Positions 24,122-36,949 of a stretch of 64,000 nt of DNA are shown piece by piece. How positions within the stretch are numbered: position 1 is the first letter of the stretch; every line of letters begins with the position of its first letter. The DNA comes from Ranitomeya imitator (Eukaryota): assembly GCF_032444005.1 (NCBI RefSeq), contig NC_091282.1, positions 681,008,001-681,072,000 of the forward strand, in the 5' to 3' direction. Below the pieces are notes generated by a model. It was not told the DNA's origin. It ran no database searches and saw only the letters and a program-made list of their open reading frames with translations. The position numbers were made by a program, and so were the translations under genes.

Positions 24122-25493
24122 GCAACATTTTTGTTTTAAAATATTTGTATTGATTTATATTATAATAGGAAAGGTAAGGTGAGAATGGGGAAACACAGGA
24201 GAAAAAAATGGGAAATTATGGGGGGAATATATGGGGAAATAACAGCAATGCAACATTTTTAATGAAACACAATAGCAAAAAAAAAATTTATTTTTGTATC
24301 TTGAGCAACACACAGCTCTGCAGTCTCTTTACTTGTTGCTGGGGAGGCGGGCACTCCTTCTTGAATGACAGTTCTGGTCAGTTTCTGTATGCTGAGCTTA
24401 TGGTACTGTGACAGTCACCGTTTGTCATTGATTGCTCTGAAGTCTACACTGTTATCCAGTATATTTGCATACAAAGATAATAGAATAAGTGGACAGTGAT
24501 TGGTAGAACTGCTCTGGAAAATGCTGACAATAGGGGCTCATGATTTTGCAGTATTGAACACATCTCATAAGGAGCCGTGTTGTGAATTCCGCTCTTGGGC
24601 TCCCTCCGGTGGTTGTAAGTGGCACTTTTGTGAGTTCTGCTCTTGGGCTCCCTCTTGTGGTTTCTAGTGGTATGGCTGCTCCTTGGAGTTAGCTGTCATC
24701 AGCTGCCTCCACTTATCGTCTCTTCTGCTCGGCTATTTAAGTCTGGCTCTATCTTCAGCCAGTGCCACTTGTAAATGGTTCCTGGTTGGATTCACATCTC
24801 TTTGGAGTTCCCTGTTATCCTGACCAGTTCAGCTAAGCTAAGTTTTTGCTTGCCCTTTTCTGTCCATAGATTGTGGACTTATCCATTCTGTGCTTTCTAT
24901 GTTTGTCCAGCTTATCAGTGTGAATTAATTCTGTCTTGCTGGAAGCTCTGGGAGGCAGATTTGCCCTCCACACCTTTAGTCAGGTGTGGAGATTTTTTGT
25001 AAACTCTGCGTGGATTTTTGTAGTGTTTAATACTGACCGCACAGTATTCCATCCTGTCCTATCTATGTAGTTAGACTGGCCTCCTGTGCTCATCCTGGTT
25101 TCATTCTGTGTATGTCTTTTCCCTCTCCACTCACAGTCATTATTTGTGGGGGCTAATCTATCCTTTGGGGATTTTCTCTGAGGCAAGATAGCTTTCCTGC
25201 TTCTATCTTTAGGGGTAGTTAGCTCTTAGGCTGTGACAAGATTCCTAGGGAGAGTTAGGAGCATTCCACGGCTACTTCTAGTGTTGTGTTGAGCTTAGGG
25301 ACTGCGGTCAGTACAGTTACCACTTCCTTCAGAGCTCGTTCCATGTTGCTCCTAGACCACCGTATCATAACAGTACAAGTGGCCAAAAATGAATTAAATG
25401 CATCTCAAAAGAAGGAAAAGAAAGTTCTGAACCATTTTTTTTTTCTGTGCTCTAGTTTGTCTTTTTTTTTTTTCTTTTCCTCTTGATATCTGG

Positions 25494-25770
25494 GTGGTTC
25501 AGGATATATGCTTTGGCATGGATGTTCAGGGTTTGTTTTCTCGTGTGGATCAACTTGCTGCAAGAGTACAGAGTATCCAGGACTATGTTGTCCAGACTCC
25601 GGCTTTAGAGCCCAGAATTCCTACTCCTGATTTGTTTTTTGGGGACAGATCCAAGTTTTTGAACTTTAAAAATAACTGCAAATTGTTTTTTGCTTTGAAA
25701 CCCCGTTCTTCTGGTGATCCCATTCAGCAAGTAAAAATCATCATATCCTTGCTGCGTGGTGACCCTCAAG
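25494..25770 (+). pseudogene. gag: 5' part of gag of element B, cut by a frameshifting deletion of about 260 bp
   Basis: Aligns to element C gag up to RGDPQ, then jumps to VGFP. The 87 codons present in C are missing. Confidence 0.85.
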
Positions 25771-28700
25771 GTGGGCTTTCCTACGCCTGCCGGTTTGAGC
25801 GAATCTATGTCTCTAGCCATTCAGATTGATCGGCGTCTGCGCGAGCGCAAAGCTGTGCACCATATGGCAGTATCCTCTGAGCAAAGTCCTGAACCTATGC
25901 AATGTGATAAGATTTTGACTAGAATAGAACGGCAGGAATTCAGACGTCAGAATAGGCTGTGTTTTTACTGTGGTGATTCGGCTCATGTTATCTCTGATTG
26001 CCCTAAGCGTACTAAGAGAGTCGCTAGGTCTGTTACCATTAGTACTATACAGCCTAAATTTCTCTTATCTGTGACCCTGATTTGCTCATTGTCGTCCTTT
26101 TCTGTCATGGCATTTGTGGATTCAGGCGCTGCCCTGAACTTAATGGACTTAGAATTCGCCAGGCGCTGTGGTTTTTCCTTGCAGCCTTTGCAGAGCCCTA
26201 TTCCTTTGAGGGGCATTGATGCTACACCCTTGGCCAAGGATAAACCTCAGTACTGGACACAGATGACTATGTACATGGCTCCTGCACATCAGGAAGATTG
26301 CCGTTTTCTGGTGTTGCATAACCTGCATGATGTTGTTGTACTGGGATTTCCATGGTTACAGGAACATAATCTGGTGCTGGATTGGAAAACTATGTCGGTG
26401 ACTAGTTGGGGTTGTCGAGGAGTACATAGTGACGTTCCTTTGATGTCAATTTCCTCTTCCCCCTCTTCTGAGGTCCCTGAGTTTTTGTCGGATTTCCAGG
26501 ATGTATTTGATGAGCCCAAGTCCAGTTCCCTTCCTCCGCACAGGGACTGTGATTGTGCTATTAACTTGATTCCTGGTTGTAAGTTCCCTAAGGGCCGACT
26601 TTTCAATCTGTCTGTGCCAGAGCATGCCGCCATGCGGAGCTATGTTAAGGAATCTTTGGAGAAAGGGCATATTCGGCCCTCTTCGTCACCATTGGGAGCG
26701 GGTTTCTTTATTGTTGCTAAGAAGGATGGCTCCTTGAGACCCTGTATTGATTATCGTCTTCTTAATAAGATCACGGTCAAATTCCAATACCCCTTGCCTT
26801 TGCTTACTGATTTGTTTGCTCAGATTAAGGGGGCTAGTTGGTTTACTAAGATTGACCTCCGAGGGGCATATAATTTTGTTCGTATTAAACAGGGTGACGA
26901 ATGGAAAACCGCATTTAATACGCCCGAAGGCCATTTTGAATACCTTGTGATGCCATTTGGGCTCTCTAATGCTCCATCTGTGTTCCAGTCTTTCATGCAT
27001 GATATTTTCCGCAATTATCTTGATAAATTCATGGTCGTATATTTGGATGATATTTTGATTTTTTCCGATGATTGGGAGTCTCATGTGAAGCAGGTCAGGA
27101 TGGTGTTCCAGATCCTTCGTGATAATGCTTTATTTGTGAAGGGGTCTAAGTGCCTATTCGGAGTTCAGAAGGTCTCTTTTTTGGGTTTTATGTTTTCTCC
27201 CTCGTCTATAGAAATGGATCCTGTTAAGGTCCAAGCTATTCATGACTGGATCCAACCCACATCTGTGAAGGGTCTGCAAAAATTTTTGGGTTTTTCTAAT
27301 TTCTATCGCCATTTCATTGCCAACTTTTCCAGTGTGGTTAAGCCCCTTACTGATTTGACGAAGAAAGGCGCTGATGTGACGAATTGGTCCTCTGAGGCTG
27401 TTGAGGCCTTTCAGGAGCTTAAACGCCGATTTACTTCTGCCCCTGTGTTGCGTCAACCGGATGTTTCTCTTCCTTTTCAGGTTGAGGTCGACGCTTCTGA
27501 GATTGGGGGAGGGGCCGTTTTGTCTCAGAGGGAGTCTGATGGTTCTTTGATGAAACCGTGTGGTTTTTTTTCCAGAAAGTTTTCGCCTGCGGAACGCAAT
27601 TATGATGTCGGCAATCGGGAGTTGTTGGCTATGAAGTGGGCATTTGAGGAGTGGCGACATTGGCTTGAAGGAGCTAAACACCGTGTTGTGGTCCTGACCG
27701 ATCATAAGAATCTGATTTACCTCGAGTCGGCCAAGCGGCTGAATCCTAGACAGGCTCGATGGTCCCTGTTTTTCTCCCGTTTTGATTTTGTGGTCTCGTA
27801 TCTTCTGGGATCTAAGAATGTTAAGGCTGATGCCCTCTCTAGGAGTTTTTCGCCTGATTCTCCTGGAGTCCTTGAGCCGGTTGGCATTCTTAAGGAGGGG
27901 GTGATTCTTTCTGCTATCTCCCCTGATTTGCGGCGGGTGCTTCAGGAATTTCAGGCTGATAGGCCTGACCGCTGTCCAGTGGGGAAGCTGTTTGTTCCTG
28001 ATAGATGGACAAGTAAGGTCATTTCTGAGATTCATTGTTCAGTGTTGGCTGGGCATCCTGGGATTTTTGGTACCAGAGATTTGGTTGCTAGGTCCTTTTG
28101 GTGGCCTTCCTTGTCGCGCGATGTGCGTGCTTTTGTCCAGTCCTGTGGGACTTGCGCCCGGGCCAAGCCTTGCTGTTCCCGCGCTAGTGGGTTGCTTTTG
28201 CCTTTGCCGGTCCCTGAGAGGTCCTGGACGCATATTTCCATGGATTTTATTTCGGATCTTCCTATTTCCCAGAAGATGTCTGTTATCTGGGTTGTTTGTG
28301 ACCGGTTCTCTAAAATGGTCCATCTGGTACCTTTGCCTAAGTTGCCTTCCTCCTCAGATCTGGTTCCATTATTTTTTCAGCATGTGGTTCGTTTGCATGG
28401 CATTCCAGAGAATATTGTGTCTGACAGAGGTTCTCAGTTTGTCTCTAGATTTTGGCGGGCCTTTTGTGCTAGGATGGGCATTGATTTGTCTTTTTCTTCG
28501 GCGTTTCATCCTCAGACTAATGGCCAAACTGAGCAAACTAATCAGACCTTGGAGACCTATTTGAGATGCTTTATGTCTGCTGATCAGGATCATTGGGTGT
28601 CTTTCTTGCCGTTGGCCGAGTTTGCCCTTAATAATCGGGCTAGTTCGGCTACTTTGGTTTCACCTTTCTTTTGTAATTTTGGTTTTCATCCTCGTTTTTC

Positions 28701-29325
28701 TTCTGGGCAGGTTGAGCCTTCTGATTGTCCTGGTGTTGATTCTGTGGTGGACAGGCTGCAGCAGATTTGGACTCATGTGGTGGACAATTTGACGTTGTCT
28801 CAGGAAAGGGCTCAACGTTTTGCCAACCGCCGTTGGTGTGTTGGTCCCCGGCTTCGTGTGGGGGATTTGGTTTGGTTGTCTTCACGTCATGTTCCTATGA
28901 AGGTTTCTTCTCCTAAGTTTAAGCATCGGTTTATTGGTCCTTATAAAATTTCTGAAATTATTAATCCGATGTCTTTTCGTTTGGCTCTTCCTGCCTCTTT
29001 TGCCATTCGTAATGTTTTCCATAGATCTTTGTTGCGGAGATATGTGGTGCCCGTTGTTCCCTCGGTTGACCCTCCTGCCCCGGTGTTGGTTGAGGGAGAG
29101 TTGGAATATGAGGTTGAGAAGATTTTGGATTCTCGTTTTTCGAGGCGCAGGCTTCAGTATCTTGTCAAGTGGAAGGGTTATGGCCAGGAGGATTATTCTT
29201 GGGTTGTTGCCTCCGATGTCCATGCCACCGATTTGGTTCGTGCTTTTCACTTGGCTCGTCCTGATCGGCCTGGGGGCTCTGGTGAGGGTTCGGTGACCCC
29301 TCCTCAAGGGGGGGTACTGTTGTGA
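25756..29325 (+). CDS. pol: Open frame with gag C-terminus (CCHC) plus intact pol (PR, RT, RH, IN, chromodomain)
   Basis: CFYCGDSAHVISDC, FVDSGA, YLDDILIF, EVDAS, MDF/SDRG and EYEVEKILDS..YLVKWKG. The natural start is lost. Confidence 0.88.
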   Translation: MVTLKVGFPTPAGLSESMSLAIQIDRRLRERKAVHHMAVSSEQSPEPMQCDKILTRIERQEFRRQNRLCFYCGDSAHVISDCPKRTKRVARSVTISTIQPKFLLSVTLICSLSSFSVMAFVDSGAALNLMDLEFARRCGFSLQPLQSPIPLRGIDATPLAKDKPQYWTQMTMYMAPAHQEDCRFLVLHNLHDVVVLGFPWLQEHNLVLDWKTMSVTSWGCRGVHSDVPLMSISSSPSSEVPEFLSDFQDVFDEPKSSSLPPHRDCDCAINLIPGCKFPKGRLFNLSVPEHAAMRSYVKESLEKGHIRPSSSPLGAGFFIVAKKDGSLRPCIDYRLLNKITVKFQYPLPLLTDLFAQIKGASWFTKIDLRGAYNFVRIKQGDEWKTAFNTPEGHFEYLVMPFGLSNAPSVFQSFMHDIFRNYLDKFMVVYLDDILIFSDDWESHVKQVRMVFQILRDNALFVKGSKCLFGVQKVSFLGFMFSPSSIEMDPVKVQAIHDWIQPTSVKGLQKFLGFSNFYRHFIANFSSVVKPLTDLTKKGADVTNWSSEAVEAFQELKRRFTSAPVLRQPDVSLPFQVEVDASEIGGGAVLSQRESDGSLMKPCGFFSRKFSPAERNYDVGNRELLAMKWAFEEWRHWLEGAKHRVVVLTDHKNLIYLESAKRLNPRQARWSLFFSRFDFVVSYLLGSKNVKADALSRSFSPDSPGVLEPVGILKEGVILSAISPDLRRVLQEFQADRPDRCPVGKLFVPDRWTSKVISEIHCSVLAGHPGIFGTRDLVARSFWWPSLSRDVRAFVQSCGTCARAKPCCSRASGLLLPLPVPERSWTHISMDFISDLPISQKMSVIWVVCDRFSKMVHLVPLPKLPSSSDLVPLFFQHVVRLHGIPENIVSDRGSQFVSRFWRAFCARMGIDLSFSSAFHPQTNGQTEQTNQTLETYLRCFMSADQDHWVSFLPLAEFALNNRASSATLVSPFFCNFGFHPRFSSGQVEPSDCPGVDSVVDRLQQIWTHVVDNLTLSQERAQRFANRRWCVGPRLRVGDLVWLSSRHVPMKVSSPKFKHRFIGPYKISEIINPMSFRLALPASFAIRNVFHRSLLRRYVVPVVPSVDPPAPVLVEGELEYEVEKILDSRFSRRRLQYLVKWKGYGQEDYSWVVASDVHATDLVRAFHLARPDRPGGSGEGSVTPPQGGVLL

Positions 29326-31193
29326 ATTCCGCTCTTGGGCTCCCTCCGGTGGTTGTAAGTGGCACTTCTGTGAGTTCTGCTCTTGGGCTCCCTCTTGTGG
29401 TTTCTAGTGGTATGGCTGCTCCTTGAAGTTAGCTGTCATCAGCTGCCTCCACTTATCGTCTCTTCTGCTCGGCTATTTAAGTCTGGCTCTATCTTCAGCC
29501 AGTGCCACTTGTAAATGGTTCCTGGTTGGATTCACATCTCTTTGGAGTTCCCTGTTATCCTGACCAGTTCAGCTAAGCTAAGTTTTTGCTTGCCCTTTTC
29601 TGTCCATAGATTGTGGACTTATCCATTCTGTGCTTTCTATATTTGTCCAGCTTATCAGTGTGAATTAATTCTGTCTTGCTGGAAGCTCTGGGAGGCAGAT
29701 TTGCCCTCCACACCTTTAGATTTTTTGTAAACTCTGCGTAGATTTTTGTAGTGTTTAATACTGACCGCACAGTATTCCATCCTGTCCTATCTATTTAGTT
29801 AGACTGGCCTCCTGTGCTCATCCTGGTTTCATTCTGTGTATGTCTTTTCCCTCTCCACTCACAGTCATTATTTGTGGGGGGGCTAATCTATCCTTTGGGG
29901 ATTTTCTCTGAGGCAAGATAGCTTTCCTGCTTCTATCTTTAGGGGTAGTTAGCTCTTAGGCTGTGACGAGATGCCTAGGGAGAGTTAGGAGCATTCCACG
30001 GCTACTTCTAGTGTTGTGTTGAGCTTAGGGACTGCGGTCAGTACAGTTACCACTTCCTTCAGAGCTCGTTCCATGTTGCTCCTAGACCACCGTATCATAA
30101 CAGAGCCGAGAGAAAGGGGGAGGGATGTCAACAGCTGTCTAACTGCTATATAGAAATCAACGGGCCTGGGAGAGGTTACTAGTATCTGAAGAGTTAACTC
30201 AGCCTCGAAAGTAAATGCTGGGCCAGGCTCTGGTGGTTGGTCTCGAATGTAGACTACAAAAAATAAAAGCCTCTCATTACAGGAAACTAACTGCAGATAG
30301 AAAAAAGGAAGTCAATTGCAAACTTTCTTATTTTCATACTGCCTAACTAATGCACTTTAATAATATAAGAATAAACCTTTAAAGTAACTAAAATAAATTG
30401 TCCCCAAAGGCGAACAACCTCTAGTCACCAGGTGCCACTCCAAGGCAGAAAAACAGGGCACGGAGGACGAAGACAGATATATGGTCAGACAGTCCAAGGT
30501 CTGTGTAGGCAGCAGAGGTTCAAAATATGAAGGCGGAGTTAGGAGGGAAATTATCAGACAAAATGGGTAAACAAGCTGGGTCATTAACAGGAGAGTCAAA
30601 ACAAGAATGCACCTAGACAGGAAACTGGAGTCTAACTGCAACAGAACCTATGTTCAGGGAAGTTTTGCAGGGAGGAGTTGCCTAATATATCCTCTGCTGG
30701 CAGGAAATAAGCCAGTAAAGCAAAACTCTCCAGAACACAGTGGGTTAAATTCCTGCAGAGTCTGGCCATTCCTCCCTGCAGCTAGGTGCCACTCCAGCCA
30801 CATGAGGACGCAGCAGTACCGGGAGTGCTGCAAAAGGCCGTTCAGTGTGATGGCCCGACACTGGGAGGAGCAGCGTGGTGAACACAGTGAGTAGAACAAC
30901 ACTGAGAAGGCATGTGAGTTACCGGCGTGACAGTGAGCTTCAGAATATTTAGGAATTGGGGGGGAAAAGGTATTGCAGAAGTGAGAAAGTGAAGGAGGAC
31001 ACCATTTGGGTTTTGGCATAATATAGCTCATTGCTTCCTGAATTGTGTTTACTTGGCATGGCAGCTCGCTATTTCTTTTATTTATCACCCATATGGTTAT
31101 CACAGGCCTTTTGAGGTGTGGTTAGGGGTGGTCATTTCAATATTTAATACTTTTTTAATCTAAATTTCCCATGTAGCTAGTGCTGGCATATTA

Positions 31194-31444
31194 GGCCGGC
31201 TTCACACTCAGCGTATGAAAATACGGTCCGTATATTACGGCCGTAATACGCTGAAAAGTCCCGAAAATAGTGGTCCGTAGCTCCTCCGTAGGCAGGGTGT
31301 GTCAGCGTTTTTTGCGCATGGCATCCTCCGTATGTAATCCGTATGGCATCCGTACTGCGTGGTTTTCTCGCAGGCTTGCAAAACCAACATACCGCTATAG
31401 AAGTGATCCATGTGTCCCAAAAAGAAAAAAATATATATATATAC

Positions 31445-31482
<38 letters not shown>

Positions 31483-33566
31483 AGTAGACACATATATGTA
31501 TATATATTAATATTTTTTCCAGCGCTATACAGCTTGAAAGCCGGTAATTCAATTACCGGCTTTTTCTTTCTCCTTCCTAAACCCGACATGATTTGAGACA
31601 TGGTTTACATACAGTAAACCATGTCTTCTCTCCATTTTTTTTGCAGATTCCACACTACTAATGTCAGTAGTGTGTATCTGCAAAATTTGGCCGTTCTAGC
31701 TCTTAAAATAAAGGGTTAAATGGCGGAAAAAATTGGCGTGGGCTCCCGCGCAATTTTCTCCGCCAGAGTAGTAAAGCCAGTGACTGAGGGAAGATATTAA
31801 TAGCCTGGAGAGGGTCCACGGTTATTGGCCCCCCCTGGCTAAAAATATCTGCCCCCAGCCACCCCAGAAAAGGCACATCTGGAAGATGCGCCTATTCTGG
31901 CACTTGGCCACTCTCTTCCCATTCCCGTGTAGCGGTGGGATATGGGGTAATGAAGGGTTAATGCCACCTTGCTATTGTAAGGTGACATTAAGCCTAATTA
32001 ATAATGGAGAGGCGTCAATTATGACACCTATCCATTATTAATCCAATTGTAGTAAAGGGTTAAATAAAACACAAACACATTATTTAAAATTATTTTAATG
32101 AAATAAAAACAATGGTTGTTGGAGTATTTTATTCTACGCCCAATCCAGTCACTGAAGACCCTCGTTCTGTAAGTAAAAAAACATAATAAACCAACAATAT
32201 ACTTACCCTCCGCAGATCTGTAACGTCCAACGATGTAAATCCTTCTGAAGGGGAAAGCTCCCTGGCTTTCTAGGTAAGTTCCCACGATCTATGAACATCC
32301 AGCAGAGGGCGCCTCACCGCAAATGAAGCTAAATATAGATCATTGATCTATATTTAGCCTCATTCCCCGGGGTTTTGCAGCAAGGAGCAGCCTGCATTAG
32401 CGGAACTCCTTGCTGCAAAGTGTTTTAACCCCTTCAGAAGGATTTACATCGTTGGACGTTACAGATCTGCGGAGGTAAGTATATTGTTGGTTTATTATGT
32501 TTTTTTACTTACAGAACGAGGGTCTTCAGTGACTGGATTGGGCGTAGAATAAAATACTCCAACAACCATTGTTTTTATTTCATTAAAATAATTTTAAATA
32601 ATGTGTTTGTGTTTTATTTAACCCTTTACTACAATTGGATTAATAATGGATAGGTGTCATAATTGACGCCTCTCCATTATTAATTAGGCTTAATGTCACC
32701 TTACAATAGCAAGGTGGCATTAACCCTTCATTACCCCATATCCCACCGCTACACGGGAATGGGAAGAGAGTGGCCAAGTGCCAGAATAGGCGCATCTTCC
32801 AGATGTGCCTTTTCTGGGGTGGCTGGGGGCAGATATTTTTAGCCAGGGGGGGGCCAATAACCGTGGACCCTCTCCAGGCTATTAATATCTGCCCTCAGTC
32901 ACTGGCTTTACTACTCTGGCGGAGAAAATTGCGCGGGAGCCCACGCCAATTTTTTCCGCCATTTAACCCTTTATTTTAAGAGCTAGAACGGCCAAATTTT
33001 GCAGATACACACTACTGACATTAGTAGTGTGGAATCTGCAAAAAAAATGGAGACAAGACATGGTTTACTGTATGTAAACCATGTCTCAAATCATGTCGGG
33101 TTTAGGAAGGAGAAAGAAAAAGCCGGTAATTGAATAAATATTAATACATATACATATATGTGTCTCACTGACATATATATATATATACCTATTCTATGTG
33201 TACACATTTATTCTACCTATTGGACTGTAAGCTGTCAGTGTGATTTTACTGTACACCGCACTGAATTACCGGCTTTTCTCTCTAACAGTGCTGCGTATTT
33301 CTCGCAAGTCACACTGCTTGTCCGTGTGTAATCCGTATTTTTCACGCTTCCATAGACTTTCATTGGCGTATTTCTTGCGCAGTACAGTGACAAACGCAGC
33401 ATGCTGCGATTTTGTACGGCCGTAGAAAGCCGTATAATACTGATCAGTAAAATACGGCAGATAGGAGCAGGGGCATACAGAATAATTGTGCCGTATGTTT
33501 TGCGAGTTTTACGGACGTAGTTTCTGCGCTCTTACGTCCGTAAAACTCGCAAGTGTGAAGCCGGCC
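31194..33566. mobile_element. 2.4-kb non-autonomous foldback element (Harbinger-like termini)
   Basis: 15-bp TIR GGCCGGCTTCACACT with TTA/TAA flanks. Internal inverted arms of about 700 bp (about 31547-32253 and 32428-33134). Confidence 0.85.
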
Positions 33567-34099
33567 TAAGTCCCAGTTTTAGCCTTCTAGATACATAGCA
33601 GAGCTGTTCGAGGTCTGTTAGGGCCTGGCCTTTTCCTCTCTTCCCTCCCGGCACCTGGCAATCACATTTGCACTTCTTGTACACTATTAACAACACTTAT
33701 TCAGTGCTGTATATACAGTGATCATGAATTGCAGAGACGGTAATAAACCATCTCTGCCTTCTCTATAGGAAGTGCAGCTGTGAGATGAAATTTCAGAACG
33801 TCACTACAGAATGATATCTGGTTGTTTAAAGTCTACAGGCAGTCTGGAATTGGTTAACAAAATTGATCCTACGATGATCAACATATCTTGAAGACGTGAT
33901 TTTTTTGCTTGTATTAATTAATAGATTTAATCCATAACTAGGAAGTTGATTTCTGTCTATCACTTCCATAAACACTTCTATGTTGGGCAGTCAATTATCA
34001 TCACAGCTTGTGTATTTAGTTTCTTGTTTTATCTATTTTAGATCGTATAAGGAGATATAGGGCATAGAACTGTATATGATTTGCCCACACCACACCTGA

Positions 34100-34680
34100 A
34101 GGTTAAGCAGCACCTGAAGAGCCCGGGTCAAAATGGCTCGTTGCCTACCATACAGGTAACTGTCCCAGGACAGAAGAGAGAGGCCTTTGTCAGCAGCTAC
34201 AGGCAGCACACTAGCGCGAGTAGGAAGGCTTACGGACGTCACCTGGGAGAGGGATTCACTATTGCCTCCAGGCCGGCCGGGCCATACCATCAACTGGTCC
34301 TGGTACCCTGGACTGTGGACTGTTACTGTCAGTAAACCAGGTAAAGACTTTACAACTTGTGTCCTCCACTTATTTGGCTGCATACACCATCCTTGCCTGT
34401 GCACCTTGGGAGCCCTGGGGACTCTGCTTCACCTGTGGGAAGCGTCACCATCTTGCTGAGAAAACATCACCCCAGAGGACCCCTTTAAGCAGCGTCGGTC
34501 CCCACTGACTCAGAACCACAGGTGGACTCACAAACACAAACTTTACTACTCCCTTTAAAAGACCTTTCCCCTTTAATTGAGTGCCCAGGTCCACGGACCG
34601 GGTCGCAGCCCCCGTGACATCCCCTTTAATTGCGACCGGACCCGGTACCAAGTACCCCACTGCCCAGGGGGGCGACTCAC
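34100..34680. repeat. Interspersed repeat, probably an LTR remnant, homologous (inverted) to about 56150-56260
   Basis: Shared GGGGTACT(T/C)GGTACCGGGTCC...GGGGATGTCACGG...ACCCGGTCCGTGG. Boundaries are approximate. Confidence 0.45.
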
Positions 34681-36949
34681 TCCAACTCCCTCCATAGAAT
34701 TTTAAAAGCACCAACTCTCATCTATCTATGTATTGGAAAAGCATTTAACGCCTCTGATGCCGCTGTCAGTAGTGACAGCGACATAGAGGAACATTGCGCA
34801 GGTAATCAGTTCCCTGCGCTCTTCCATCAGGAACAACGTGATGCGATCGTGTTGTCCTGATGGTCTCCATAGAGACCCCCGGCACCAAGATGACCGCGGA
34901 GTCCTTCTGGGTCCTGCAGGGAAGGAGGCTTGTGAGCGCCTACTGAGAGCAGGCGCCGGCATGCCTCCTTCCCTGGCTGTCATGGTATGTACACACATCA
35001 GGATTTCTTGCAGAAATTTTCCTGACAAAAACCGAACATTTCTGCCAGAAATCCGCATGTGTTTTTTTCGTGTTTTTTCATGCGTTTTTGGTGCGTTTTT
35101 GGTGCGTTTTTTCCCAAATGCATAGAATAGCAGGAAAAAACACAGAAAATCCGTAAAATTAATGAACATGCTGCTTTTTTTACTGGGATGCGTTTTTTCC
35201 GCGGAAAAAAGCGCATCATGTGCACAAAACATGCAGAATGCATCCTAGTGACAGGATGCATAATGTATGTGTTTTTAATGAGTTTTTATAGCGTTTTTAT
35301 AGCGAACCTGAACGTGTTCACATACCCTTAGAGTGTCAGATCAGCGACCTGATGTTGTAAAGTAATGTCCCAGCCTGGGACAATGTAAAACAAAGTTTTA
35401 AAAAAAGATATTATAAAGTGTAAAAATATATTTTTTTAAATCCCTAAATAAAGGAAAAAAGAATTTTCCCAATAAATACATTCATTTTTGTAAATAAAAA
35501 AATTTAAAAAGTACACATATTTGGTATCACCGCGTCCGTAACTACCCTTTCTATAAAACTGTCTCACTAGTTAACCCCTTCCGTGAACAATGTTCATGTC
35601 CTGCAAAAAAACAGCTGTCATACAGCTCCATTAGCAGAAAATTAAAAAAGTTATATCGCTCAGAATAAAGCGATGCAAAAATTATAATTTTTTCTATAAA
35701 ATAGTTTTTATTGTAAAAGCGCCAAAACATAAAAAAAGATATAAATGAGTTATCGCTGTAATCATACTAACCCGAAGAATAAAGCAGTTTTACCAAGTTT
35801 ACCACATGTGGAACAGTATAAAAAAAGCAATTCCTGAATTATTGGTTTTTGTTCATTGTGTCTCACAAAAATCAGAATAGAAAGCAATCAAAAAATGTCT
35901 TGTGTCCGAAAATGGTACCGATAAAAACGTCAGCTCATCCCGGCAAAAACAAGACCTGACATGACTCTGTCAGCTGAAATATGAAAAAATTATATCTCTC
36001 AAAATGTGGTGATGCAAAAACTAGTTTTCACAATCTTTTAGTGTGTGACAGCAGCGAAACATAAAAACCCAATATAAATCTGGTATCGCTGTAATCGCAC
36101 CAGCCCGAAAGATTAAAGTCACCTATGTGACCGCCACGCGACCAATCAGAAGCCGCGACGTCATTCTCAGACACTAAACTCCTCATTCTAGGAATTTAGG
36201 ACCTGAGGAATGACGTCGCGGCTTCTGATTGGTCGCGTGGCGGTCACATGGGCGGCACGCGACCAATCAGAAGCCGCGACGTCATTCCTCAGGTCCTAAA
36301 CGCGCTCATTTTAAACAAAGAAGCCTGCCGGTTACCCGCGGTGATGTCCAGGGGCCGCCGGAGAGGTGAATATATCAATATTTTTTATTTTAATTCTTTA
36401 TTTTACACATTAATATGGATCCCAGGGCCTGAAGGAGAGTTTTCTCTCCTTCAGACCCTGGGAACCATCAGGATATCTTCCGATACTTGGTGTCCCATTG
36501 ACTTGTATTGGTATCGGATATCGGTATCGGCGATATCTGATACTTTTCGGGTATCGGCTGATACTATCCGATACCGATACTTTCAAGTATCGGACGGTAT
36601 CGCTCAACACTACTCAGCGCACATTTATCCTGTGCTCTGTGCTGAGTGATTACACCGGGTTTCCATGTAAGTCTCTGAAATACATGATTCAGACAGAACC
36701 CCCCCAGCAGAAAATTCCCTATAATGAGGCAGATGGAGGCACTGTGGACGCAGTTTCACCTGTGAGACGGCGCTGTCCGCCTTTTTAGGATTGCATAAAA
36801 CTGCCGACAGCCACAGTTTGGTAAACTTCTGGACACTGCTGAACAGAGGCCAGACGAAGTCCAGAGTAACTCTGCTGCCTCATCATAGTTAATGGATCGG
36901 GAGTTTCATCTGTCATGCCACTTGGAGATTTAGATGGAAACCCCAAAGT

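Larger units (their letters stand above)
24578..30102 (+). mobile_element. Ty3/Gypsy chromovirus (element B) with an internal gag deletion
   Basis: LTRs 24578-25372 and 29318-30102, flanked by GAGCCG direct repeats. PPT GGGGGGGTAC precedes the 3' LTR. Confidence 0.97.

Noticed and set aside
27154-28885. Long antisense and alternate-frame ORFs over pol (293 aa and 190 aa; similar ones in A and C)
   Set aside because: These are shadow ORFs of coding DNA and are not conserved at matching length between the closely related elements B and C.
30184-30215. CTGAAGA...GAAA spacing
   Set aside because: No stem II can form between the two motifs.
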